A stretch of DNA of 46,272 nucleotides, counting the filler, from Sphacelaria rigidula (Eukaryota): NCBI GenBank assembly GCA_964200075.2. It is 2 parts of 2 records of this genome, joined end to end, with 100 filler letters (N's around TTAATTAATTAA, not from the genome) between each part and the next. Parts side by side here need not be neighbours in the genome. Positions count along the whole stretch, not along the records: positions 23,196 to 46,272 come from CAXNAA020000288.1; 1 more part is not named here. One strand, 5' to 3'. Positions 34,701-46,272 of the stretch are shown here, one piece after another. Both the position numbers and the translations under genes were made by a program. The notes under the pieces are model-generated. The model did no database searches and was not told the origin of the DNA. It saw only the letters and a program-made list of their open reading frames with translations. The stretch's first letter is position 1, and every line of letters begins with the position of its first letter.

Positions 34701-37700
34701 GGACACGCAATATTTGGTACAGCAAACACATGTAAAGTCAGGTAACAGTGCTTGTAGGTCACAGCTCGCATATACGCCAATACAGTAGGAACAGACAGGC
34801 TGGATTATTCTACTCGCCATTCCCGGACAACCTTGTATCACCACAAGTTGAATTGCTTCTAACAGTGGCTGTGAGCGCGGCAGAATTCGACCAGGCGTGG
34901 ATGCTCATACCGACACCGACTATTCGTAGCATGGTGGTGTTTTCATCTTCTCTTTGTAATCACGTTGCGGGACCGGAGCACAAACTGCCAATATCGCGAT
35001 TGAATTGGCGACGCTTGATACCTTATGGGAGTACTAGCGTGCGGTGGCCCTGCAGGCCTTCAGCGATCGTATTGCAAGGACGTGTTGGTGACCCATTCTG
35101 CTATCATCGCGATCAGTCAAGCGAGTACCGGTACCGCGTGTCTTCCGTCCTCGCTCCACGCCTGTCTCTTCCCCCCAATTCATCTCCCGGAGTAAACGAG
35201 GTTTACGGCTTGTGGAATACCTGCAAGATTTTGGAACACCTTCCGAGAACTAGGTTTACCTCCTCGTATCAACTGATCATCAATAGGTCAGCTGTGCTGA
35301 TTCCAGTAGGCTCCGTAATACAGAGTGGCCTGTTGGACACAATATCAAAGTGTTTTAAACAGCGTATAATGAATGGATCCTCCCTTTCTGTCGTGCCCAT
35401 GCGCTGTTAAGCAACAAAGTTGTTGTCAGAATAGATATTTTGCACCTGCAAGGGCGATACGCTCACGGCTCGACTGTCACCCTTCCCCCCTCCCGGCCGC
35501 CGCCACGGTCAAACAATGTATCAGTAGGTTCCCAACGTCGAAACCCATATCCCCAGCCACAACAAGAGGAAAAAACACCAGAAACGTCGGGAGCCCAGGT
35601 GTCCAGAAAGCCGGGGGTGATGTAGCAGCTGTATCGCTTTCTGGTGTGGGGATACAGGGGAGAAAAAAACTACGTGGTGGCAATCCTGACAGCAATGTCA
35701 GTAAACCGGAGTCAGGAGGAGCTACGCTTCTCGATGGGGAACCTGAGGCAGAGGTCTCGAGATGGGACTGTATGGCGAGGTGTGCATACCCTACGATGCG
35801 GAGCATATATTGGATTCAAAAGCGATGTTAGGATGTTCAAAAGTGTGGTATATTTTTTTTTTGTGTCAATGAACTGACGACACGGGAGCATGCCAAGCTC
35901 TACTGTTGTGGCGCCGAGCGCTGGCCGGAATTGCATTCCTAGCAGAATGCCAGTGCTGGCAGTTAATCGGTACTGGCGAAAGCCGTGGCCGAGTCCCAGT
36001 ATACCGAGGTTTCATGGGCTGTGCTCGAATAAAAACACCCCGCCATAACAGAAGCGCACGGTTGCTTTTGTTTATTTGGATTTACCGTTGCTCGTAGGCT
36101 ACAACAAAGAACGTCACCTCTCCATCGTTTCCAATCTCGGTCCTTCCAACGAGCACCTTAGGTACACCCGGTAAATCGTGAGATCTCGATTGAGCTCCAA
36201 GTATCGGATTCGGTGGCTCTACGGCTTTCAAATATATGGCCAAGCCTTCGTCACACGGCAGTGCTGCTCCCCATACTCTATTGACTATACTTACAGTGTA
36301 TGGCAAAAACACGAGGGTTTGAACAATATTTCTTGCCCTTCACATTGCTGTAGTTTACTTATGTTTCAATCACGGGCCTGAAGGGAAAACTAATGGTGAA
36401 ACTCACATTTTTCTTTTGGACCGAGTGCTAAATATGCACGGACTTGCAATAGACGACAGGAGAAAAAAGAGGTGCAGACAAGTGAAAATGCTCAGCATCG
36501 TTGAGCAGTTACACGTTTGGTCATAAATCCACTCCAGTACCTCGTGTACATTCCCTCACACGTTACGTGAACGACTGCAATACAAGCTTTTAATGTTGCA
36601 CTAGACTAGAGCACCTCGCTTTGAACCAGAATGTATTGACTCCCGCGCCCGATATGATACGTCATTTAACATCAACTTAAAAACGGAGTAAGCTAAGGTA
36701 TTCAACATTTGTCGGTGGTAGATGGGGTAGCTACGCCAAGCGGGTGCAACGAGCAGCCCAATATTGTCACAATTCGCGATCTGCAGACTTGGGGCGGCAT
36801 CAAATAATATCAACAGCATACATCTTGCCTGTCTGCTCCGTGTCTTCTCACTTGCTGGTGCCCCATCCGCGGCGACAACATTTCGGTACGACAGACAGAT
36901 TCAGGACTTCGAGCGGAAGCTGGAGGCATCCGCTTCAAAAAGACCAAAAGGAGGGGAACAGTTTGCTCTCGCGGCAGGAATAACCGCCGTAGGAAACGTT
37001 AGTATCAGCGGAGTCACGAAACGCCCACCATTGACCGGGAAGCGATGGAGAACGAGGTCCATCCCCGTTTCTGCCGGAGGTACGAAGCACTGGAATAACT
37101 TTGTGTTTCAGCTTGTTGTCGTCTCAAACTCGATAGCCAACATTTTCATAAAACATATTATTCGCAAAGCACCGTGACTCGGTCATTTCCCATAATTCCG
37201 ACAAGTTCATGATGAGCTACTTGTATGGGTTTCACGCTGATGGACGAATGATGTGTCTTTGTTTGGTACAGCGTTCTGCTTAATGTGAGCGGAAATCGAG
37301 CGGGTTTTATATATGAATGATGACCCGTTCTACCAGTCACGTAGAATACTTGCGTGTGGTGTTAGAAATGGGCCCAGCCGACGCATGGACAACCAACAGA
37401 TCAGCGAATATCATCCTTTGCTGGTTGCCACACAATTTGGTGCGCTAGAGCGAAAACAACATTTGTCTTACCTTGCGATGTGTAGATACGAGTGTACTAT
37501 TGTACAGTAAAAATACCTCTCGTTGCGATCGTATTTAATGCGCCAAATGAGACCGTCAAGAATCTAAAGTTTCATAGCGAACTTTCGATCCTTAGTCCGA
37601 CATAGGCTGCATATCGATGCCTTTCAAGGTGGATGAAGCACTGATCGATCCTTTCGAAGGTCTGGTGTATACACATGGCATGTGCTATGGTGAAAGTTTC

Positions 37701-38153
37701 CGACCCTGTTAGGATCGCCTCGTGGTGAAGAAGGTTCACAACCCATCGTTTTGGCATATGTTGCAGAAAGCCGGTCATGTTCCAGTCGACGCAAGCACAC
37801 GGTGAAAGGTTTGCATCGCACGTTTGGAAGATGTCACGAATCTGCACTGAAACCTTGTTGATATCTAGTGGCCAAGCAGGGAGGCTTCCATTTTTTTCTC
37901 CCCTTCGCAGAGATATGTAACTTTGCCGTGATTCGCAGGTGAATTCATGCAACGCGCCATGTCTGCTCACGAGCTCGGTCAAGCACCAGGCGATGGTGAG
38001 GACGATGGGCTGCCAAGGAGGAAGCTGAAAGGCGGGAGGGGATACGTGAAGCCACGCCCTGGTACGGCTGAGAATGATATTTTGAAGCGGGCCGCGAGGA
38101 AGGATGCTACGGGGTTGGTCGTTCAGGTGGCGTGTATTGGGAAAAATTCCGTT

Positions 38154-38185
<32 letters not shown>

Positions 38186-41100
38186 GGTTTGCGCAAAACA
38201 ATTAATTACAATGTCATTCGTGTTTCAACAAAAAACGAAAACGTCGAATTGTTTCAAGCATAGACGCACACTATTCTCCCCAAGTATGTCATTTTACACG
38301 CGAACGCGAGACATGAAGATTTAATTACAGCTAAATTGGTCAAGTATCCACACAGAAGACTGCTGGTTGAGTCGCATACTCTGTAATTCAGGCAGGTACC
38401 ACTGGGAACCCCGCGCGTACTCGTCAGCCGGCGGAAGGAATATTGAGTGTCTCCGGCAGACTCGCAAACTCAGATAGACCCCCCGTGATTGTCTTGTAAA
38501 CGTGGCTTAGTGTACACAAGCGTACGTTATTGTGCCTTCAGCTGTCTGATGGACAGGAACTATGGTTTAACAAGTCTATCTAAACAGTGACAACTAATTC
38601 AGATAATTTATCGAACAGTATTGCAAAATAACCAAGTTGTTTGTGTCGAAACGACAAGAAGTTGCAGAGGGCGCACAGCATACGTAATGTTACTTGCGTC
38701 GTGCAGAAAAAGAAAGAAGTCGATAGTTTTCACAGGCGCTTGCTTGGCCAACACAGAGTAAAACACTCAATCTCTTCGGCACACAGAGCGCTGTTACGAA
38801 GAATGGATGAGATATTTTTTAGAGAGGTGCAAGGCGGGAGCCCAAGCTGCCAACTCTCCCCACCGACTCTTCTTTCTATGAAACTGTAAAGCGTCCAAAC
38901 TGTTCACGCTACAGATCTCACGTTTGACTTTACGTACTTGACTCTTCGGTAGTCGACCTTTTCTGTAGTTGACCTACTGATCTTCGCTTTTCTGTCTTGT
39001 CCGATGATAATTCCCTCCGTGCGTTCAATCCATTCGTATAAAATATGTATTTCCTACTTCCGTACGTTTGCTGTAACGTCACTTTTAGCTAAAAGGTAAC
39101 AGGTTGTATCGCCAATTTGAATATTCCCAACACAGAGTAGGCGGCCAAGTCGAGGTAGTGAACGGCGGCACTTCATTATCATTTTACTCTAACCATGAAT
39201 GCGTTGCATAAGCATCTGACGCCCGGCGATTTGGTGCTTGCGAGCTAGTTTGTTATCATCATGGTTGTATTTGTCATTAATCTTTTTCACCGAGTATGTG
39301 ACCACCCGTATTATCGCATCTCGAGCGTGTGGGCTGGACCCGTTTACACTTTCTACGATAGCCCCCCCCCCCCCCCCCCACCCGCGCACATCCGTCCAAG
39401 CGGGAGCTCAAGAAACAACGAACAGAAAGAGAGCACAACACANNNNNNNNNNCCCCCCCCGCCCCGAAAGGGATGCGTGGTCAATGGTCAAACGACTAAG
39501 GCAAGCAAGAAATGAGTACGCCCCCCCCCCCCGAAAAGTGGCTGGTTCGGGGAGGCAAATTCTACACGTGAATTGAAGGGAGGAAAGCCGAGCTCAACGA
39601 GTAGCTGGGGATTATTACGCTTGAGTTGACGTTCGCCAATATCGCATATATGAGGCGCTTCATGCCGCCTGAAACCAAGCATTACGCGTTGTATGACCAC
39701 TCTCTTCGTGACAATTATGGGTTGTCTTTTTTATTTTATTTTCGGGGGGCGTACTCATTTGTTGCTTGCCTTAGTCGTTTGACCATTGACCACGCATCCC
39801 TTTCGAGACGGAGCACCGTTCCTACTCCTTATAAAGACACCTCCAACATTCTGGCGCTCATTTCTTTTTGGGGGGGGAGGGACCATCGTAGAAAGACTCT
39901 GTTGTGCTCCAGGTGTTCTTTCATCATATCCAGTCCCACGTCGTGATTTTTATCGTGTGCTGACTCCCTCATTTCTCCCTCAGGACAAGCTTGTCGGCAA
40001 GCTAAAACCTGATCTTGTGAGAGGCAGGCCGCTTCAGGAATGGTTGACCTCACCGGAAGTACACGACGATGTCATCCCCACGCCTGCCGATAGGTGACTT
40101 GAAAGTAGCGTAGCGTGACAACTCTCTGATGGACCTTACGCGGTGCAGCATGAGGATATTATGTTCTATATACGGCAAGTCGTAGTCAGCTTGGAGTGGT
40201 GTAGGCTGGCCCCACCATTATATATCTCCGAACAAGAGTGTTTACGGCGCAAACAGGACCAATGGGAATATATGAAAACGAAAAAGTATGCTCTCTGCCA
40301 TCCGAAAGCCAATGTGAGGTGCGCCGCGTGCTCTGATCGGTCGTTGGGGCACGTTCATCATTTCAAACCATCCTGGAACACCAAGTATGGCATGGCAGCG
40401 GTACACACTGGTGACGAGCTGGTACGCGAAGCGAGATGCCCGCTTTGTTGCTGGATTGTGCTGAACATTTCTGGGCGTAAACCGAACACCAGAGTGAGGA
40501 CAGCGATACCTGCTTCCACTTCTAACTCGTCGCCATGAGAAACAAACGACCAACACAAATATTGCAGAAAATTTGTAGCCGATGTATAGGACTTCCACGA
40601 CCTCGGGAATGTACATATCTTGAGATTGTCTCGCGAAATTTGAGATATATGATGTCATCTTCGGCTATTCAGTGAAAACAGACTAATTTCAAAACTGTGA
40701 CAAAAAATATGGGAAAACTGCAGTCCTTCAGGTTGTCTATGTGCACCTGTCGTCACAATTTCAGGCCCTAACTCTCAAACCTAACAGAGAAAATGTCGGA
40801 GTGGGACCAGCCGGTATGACACGTAAACCGTGGCCATCTAGTGTTATTTGCACGCCCTCGCTCTGAACCATGGACTCTTGATGCTATACTTCTCGAATCA
40901 TGTGTGAAGTTGAACGTGTTTTGCGAAAGCGAAATCGAATCGGATGTGCCACAAATATACTGACCCCGGGGTAAGCACATGCGGTACTCACTGTGCTAAG
41001 CTTCGACAACGTCAACATATGGCGTGCAGGAACGATAGGATCCTGGCCCAAGCACACAAGATATAGTGGCAAATCTGTGCCGAGATATTTCCGCCGAATA

Positions 41101-43273
41101 CGGCTGTGTGTCCATCGAATGTAGTTAGAAGGTGACAGGCTGCGACCTTTCAAGAATTGCTACAATTGACGAGATCAACAAGGGGCTCCCGAACTAAGCC
41201 GTTTGCATGGAACTGACGTTTTTATCCCATCCGCATTCGCGAGCCACCCGTAAGAATATCTCACAAATAATTCCCCAAACACACAAAGGCAACCAACGTT
41301 TTTGCGATGCAACAAATTTCTCCCCTCACTCCGAACAACAGGACAACCGCAGCAGGGGCTACTAGCAATTGCATGGGTCAAACATCAGGCCTACCTCCCG
41401 TGGCAATATTGGCCGGGTCAAGAGGCGGTCGTCTGGTGGCGAGCGGGATAACTATAGCGGGGGACCACGGGGGAGGAGGGTTCAACATAAAGGTGCCCAA
41501 CATTTGCGCATAGGCTTGGAGATGAACTATACCTGATGCAGGAGGCGTAGCAAATCAACCTATGCAGTCAACTCAGCATCGCACACATACAACCGAACGG
41601 TTCATCATCCACAGGCCAAGCATACTGGTTTCTTGGTCTGCTTCGAACAGACTATTCTGTCTATAACGTATCAATTTCTCGCCTCCTGTTTGTGTCCGAC
41701 AAATACACAGTTCTATCGTGCGTCTGTAGACTTGGCAGAATAACACACGAGGCAGGTACAACGAGACCCGAACTGCGAGTAAACACACTCTGGGTCCGAG
41801 ATTCCTGAACAAACCGATGTTCGCTGCTAGTTAGCACGTACTTCGGCATACATCTATCGACCACACAGGTTTACATTTTGCTCTCGCCGCAGAATACATG
41901 AAGGCGGCACATTGTAGAGGGTGTGTAGCGGGTCGCCAGAGGGGGTTCTGGACCTTGAGCGGGTGTGAAGAGGTTTACCATAGGGTGTTCTAGACCTCTA
42001 GAGGGTCACCAGAGGGTCTCTACCTTCGGAAGGTGTTCCGAGGGTGTAGGAACGTGTCCACTTGTGGCAGCTCGGGTGTTCCCCTGCCATCCACGTTGAG
42101 TTGTCACCCAGATTTGAATCGTAGAAGAAGGTCACGTCTGTGATTGCTTAGCAGTATGAACTTCAGGCAAGGCAGTCATGAGAGCCACAGTGATGTGCTT
42201 TCCGTCTGCCTTAAGATCCCCTCGTGATACTTTGGAAATCTCAAAGATTCTCGTTCGGGCGGCAGGCTGCCAAGGCAGCGGCGAAAGAGGCGGCAAGATT
42301 AGCGGCTGCTGAGGAAGCTTTGCGGGCGGGAGAGGGAACCTTAGGCGGTCGAGGGAGGGAGGGTGCTCGAGGGCGGGAGGATACTCGGGTGAGACATCGA
42401 ATAATTAAAAAATTACGGATTACGTGGGTACGTGTGCTGTGTTGTATCAGAGATATGACAGAAATTTGTAAAAGTGTTTTTGGCTTTGACGCGAGGATCT
42501 AGTGTCGCGTGGAGTACATCGGACGTGTTGTGGCGGTTTAGCGCGATGATGCATTATACACCGGCCGAAACCGATCTTCTTTGCCAGTGTGTTTCCGCCG
42601 TGAGCGTCATGCATGCGACTGCATGTCTCAGATACTAGCTGAAAGGTTCCCATGGATGATACATATCCAGTTGAACATCCGCCTCCATCAAAAATAAAGA
42701 AGAAGGTGTCCCTAAAGACGTCGAAAATTACGAAAACTGTATCCCTTTGTCATTTAGGTCGGTGAATAACTGTCGTAGTGCTGCTCACTCTGCTCTGTTC
42801 TCCGGCCGGAAAAAATCGCTTAGGTGGCTGCTCGATTCGTCTCCGCGCGATTCGGAAAAATTACATTAAACTCTCACCGAGCAACTGCGGCTTCTACTGC
42901 ACCTCGGCACGTGCTCGGGCGCGGGGGCTCTCCCGTCACACCTTCGCATTCGGAGCAACGAAGAGAAGGAGACAACGCCCACGACAGAGTATGCGATGCT
43001 TCCAACACATCGGGGGATAGAGGGAGTAGCAGCGTCGCATCTGGTGATCACGGCGGAGGCAATGGGCCCGCGAGTCGGGGAACGGAGGCGGTTGCCGCGA
43101 AGATCGCCGGCAAGGATGTCCTAAAGACGCGAGGATTGACTTCGGACAGTGTAGTATGGGCGGCATCTTCCCGGCGGCGGTCAAGATCTACCCCTTCTGC
43201 TCGCGGAAGGCGGGGGAATGGCGCCGGGCAAGGAGAAACCATTCGGCGTCTGGTGCACATGGGTCTGCTTTGA
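23614..43273 (+). CDS. Large WD40-repeat protein (WDR49/EFCAB8/WDR64-like layout), 3' part, ~18 exons
   Basis: Phase-consistent exons 23614-23750, 24613-24821, 25453-26254, 27686-27845, 28101-28380, 30211-30389, 31742-31871, 32483-32729, 33413-33620, 33909-34129, 35528-35753, 36098-36161, (36453-36471 and 36895-37079 tentative), 37939-38126, 39984-40093, 42247-42388, 42824-43273 (stop). WD40 motifs: GHKLVVGADTGII..LDPHDGSVNWISF, VFSIGADGELHVLDD, DMTACTADDHLNLIAT, VHVWD, VTALEFLSPYPLLAGACTGGAVAFW, AWVAHSAGISSMSWIESPPSLLSASADGLAKIWS. 5' end lies beyond the contig start. Confidence 0.8.
25693..25725 (+). repeat. (CAA)n microsatellite encoding poly-Thr in a WD40-gene exon
   Basis: caacaacaa... 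about 11 units, translated as a Thr run. Confidence 0.9.
38154..38184 (+). repeat. (GT)n microsatellite, intronic
   Basis: tgtgtgcgtgtgtgtgtgtgtgtgtgtgtg. Confidence 0.9.
39349..39910. mobile_element. Foldback/MITE in an intron of the WD40 gene
   Basis: ~70-bp near-perfect inverted repeat 39465-39537 versus 39739-39805 (cgaaagggatgcgtggtcaatggtcaaacgactaaggcaagcaa..aatgagtacgcccccc). Outer matches ctttctacgat+polyC / polyG+atcgtagaaag and gagcacaaca / tgttgtgctc. A 10-N gap lies inside. Confidence 0.8.
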
Positions 43274-46212
43274 AATATTGTGTTGATTATTGTTGTGCTC
43301 TCGAGATTATTTCTTCATAGTCATGCGCATGGGGTGATTAATAAATACGGTGGAAGGGTTTGTGCATCATCTACACGAATAAATGTGGTGCCTGTGAGAC
43401 TATCCTGACTGACAGGTTCCTGTTTCCTACATTTTCGCATGTGAGTATCATCGACGTTCTCCGGGCTTGGTTGAATAACACAGTACCATGGCGATGGTTC
43501 TGTCTTGCAAATGCACGTGGGGTGGGTCTAAAGGAGGTTTCGTTCCTTCTGTTTCTCGTATGTAGTACACCGGTGTAATTTGATACCGTTATCGACACGT
43601 TTCACGGGGCGGGGAGATACCGCTACCACCTCAGCTTGTCTACTCTATACACTAACAAAACGTAAACGCAACCTTGGAGCTCAAAGGATTCACCTGCTAC
43701 AGAGGGAGCATTGCGGGTAAAAGAGACCTCCTTCGCGGTGCAGTTATGGATTGTGACGTTTTGAAGTGCGTTTGGAGTGTAAGACGACGCCGAGAGAATG
43801 TCGCTGAAGGTGGCACCAGTACAGCGCGAAGACGGAATCTCTGACTCATGCAGACATTGACTGCCTCCATGACGGCTGCTCGTGCTTATTGTAGACCATC
43901 GATAGGGCTTCACGCACGATCGCCCCAAGAAGATCGAGACGCACAGAGCTATCCCGAACGACCCCATGAATATTCGATTTTGTTACCCAAAGAGCTCAAT
44001 TTCAACAAACGCTTCGAAGTTCACTAAATGTTTCCCGGAAAATACTCCGTGTTGATATTTGCGGTATCCTGCAGGTAACCGCAATGTTGTTACCGTAGAT
44101 CGTAGCAGCAAGTCCAAACGGCACATGCGTGATCGCTAAGGCCATGTTTTTTAGATTCTCGAGTACAACACATTAGCAAACTCATCAATATATCAAGAAT
44201 GAATAGATGACGCATAATAGTACATGGACAGAATTGGTCAAGTTGGATTTCGGAGGGGGGTGCATGGTGGCATAAGACACGACAAAATAGCCGTCGTTGG
44301 CGGTTGGTCTCGGCTTAGAGCGTGCGAACGACAATATTTTGGAATGTTGTACAAGCGTTCCTAAAATATATGGCATATGAAGATATCAGAACAATGTTCC
44401 CTACGAGGTATAAGGCCCTCCCATATTAATGATACCTTCAATTATTTTTGATGAGGCTACGGACACCCCGGGGAGTATATTGTCTCATCGCCCCTTCTGA
44501 AGTACGCGCAAGGGGTACTCTACCTCAGGGCCCGTTAAATTCGAATGCCGATGCCCCAGGAAACGCGGGGGGCATTGTTTAGACGCATTCACACTGCCCT
44601 ACTGTTTTATGATCCTCCCCCCCCCCCCTCATGCCCTTTCCTGGGAACATATTGAACGCATCCCCAACACATCCCCTCCCCGAATATCTCAGCGGCAAGG
44701 GGGCTTTTACCCGACGCGTTAGTCATTTACGGCCGGATAACAACGAATCTGAAGGCATGAGTGGTAACAATAGAAGTCTTACAATACTATTTGACGTTCT
44801 AGCAAGTTGCAAAGGGACTACATGATGCTTCTGAATTCATTAGAGGTATCACTAGAATATCGACACCTCGCCATCTACCACGTATCCCTAGAACAGTCAG
44901 GAGCATCACCGTTTGATTTCCACTGGACGAAACGGTGGATGCAACACCCCGGGGATGGCTATCTTTCCCATCCGTGAAAACGTGCATGGGCCGAGCTCCA
45001 ACATGAGATTTTGTCAACACATTGAAGATGCTTTGATGAATCCGTACGTGCGATGCATCAACTTTCAACTCTTCATGAGGCCCTCAATGTGCTGGAACAG
45101 CCGAAACAAAGGCTGGGCAACATTGGCCTGCACTTGTGTCTAAATTCAAATGAGTTGATCAGGACCGGTCGCTCCAAGTGCTGAAAATTCACTTGGCGTT
45201 TGCGAAGCCGGACTTTACCCTGTTCGGCAGCACTTTCTTTTCTAATCCCCACCGATTAGATAGCTTAGGTACTAGTTACGGGTGGAATATTTCGATAAAA
45301 CGTCCTGGATACTTCGAGTTGGGAATTTCGGAAACTAAATGGTCCATGTGCGGTGAAACTTGAACTGATATCTCGAAATGCACCTCGGACTCGGCATCTC
45401 CATGAAATGTGCCGTCGGAAGACGTTCTTTTGATGATTCAAATCAGAACTGGAACCCCGAGACTTTCGATCCCGAGGACCGCCGAAGTGCCCCAAAATAA
45501 AAAGGAAGAAGAAGACAAGCGCTTACTTCCTCAGCAAGGACTAATGCAACATCAATCCCCTGGCCCCGCACGACATACAAATGATATCCAACGAGCAACA
45601 ACAGGAGACGGATGCCGCGATAGCTCCCGCCAGACAAGTGGCTGGCATGAGGAGGCACAATCTACATGGAACTCTAAATGACAAAAGCCGAGCACACCGA
45701 GTAGCCGGGATCTCCCACGCTTGGGATCGTTTTCGCCAGTGTCGCCCCGCAAGGGTTAGTGTTAGGGTTCGGTAAGGGCTAACCCTGACCCCACTGTCGG
45801 GAAAGTGGTCCTGAACCGGCAGAAGTCTCACACTGTTTGGGAAACGTGTTGTAAAGGGGCATATATCGGGCATTTCCTGGCGAACTCGTATAATAGAGGA
45901 AGAACCCCTGTGAGCGATTGGGACTCTTGCATTAAACTGGCGGAACACCTCCCACCTTTCGCGCGAAACATGTTCAGAGGTGGCAGATAGATGCTTCGCG
46001 AAAGTTGGGTTCAGGAGTCCTAGAGTGAACATATGTTCTGCGTCTCATTCTATCGGGTGGATAATGACCTTTTTGGTGGTGTGCAGACAGCTTCAATGAT
46101 TCGAAGCATAGTTGTCACTGCAACGCGAGGCTTGGGCACGAACACACATCACCGGTGCATTGAATCGATAGCGGCAACAAACACACAGCGAAACGGGGTG
46201 GACAATACTTCC

Positions 46213-46272
46213 TTTTTTTTCCCTCACACTCTGAACCCCTCCCCTTCCTCGGGATGAGTCCGTGGTCTCAAG
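46213..46272 (-). repeat. 3' end of the same A-tailed repeat, copy 2
   Basis: T8 + ccctcacactctgaacccctccccttcctcgggatgagtccgtggtctcaag, the inverse of 23202-23261 with ~2 differences. Confidence 0.8.

Noticed and set aside
45178-45363. ELGISETKW, resembling a LINE/RTE apurinic endonuclease motif
   Set aside because: Single short motif; the surrounding frames are closed and no reverse transcriptase motifs were seen.
45750-45793. Telomere-like TTAGGG variants (also 29880-29925)
   Set aside because: Few, degenerate, internal units; not a telomere array.

Overview
Eukaryotic, intron-rich DNA (~50% GC). Gene style and a bipartite plastid presequence point to a stramenopile, most likely a brown alga (inference). 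The window is two contigs (1-23095 and 23196-46272) joined by an artificial 100-nt N-TTAATTAATTAA-N spacer, so they need not be neighbours. Contig 1 is dominated by a nest of DNA transposons. Its centre is a ~8.7-kb element (~5890-14560) with a 14-exon, ~1555-codon pseudogenised gene, invisible as one ORF in the track: AT-hook, DUF6729-like Cys region, and a DDE transposase core (D, D, DxxH, E). Between the second D and DxxH lie a DEDDy (WRN/RNase D-type) 3'-5' exonuclease, an extra beta-rich domain and an acidic tract; a Cys-rich tail ends the protein. This matches the Dada superfamily. The element has ~47-bp imperfect subterminal inverted repeats and a 3-copy ~210-240-bp tandem array, carries a TA-flanked MITE in intron 3, and sits inside a 17-bp-TIR hAT-like shell that also holds a second TA-flanked MITE. 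Further non-autonomous elements lie at 1-4500. Contig 1 also has a divergent gene pair: exon 1 of a plastid-targeted protein (-) and a Gln/Ser-rich, possibly Myb/SANT-like protein (+). Contig 2 holds the 3' part (~18 exons) of a large WD40-repeat protein gene, a foldback MITE, and the same A-tailed repeat in inverted orientation at both contig ends. All calls were made by eye; no database searches were run.
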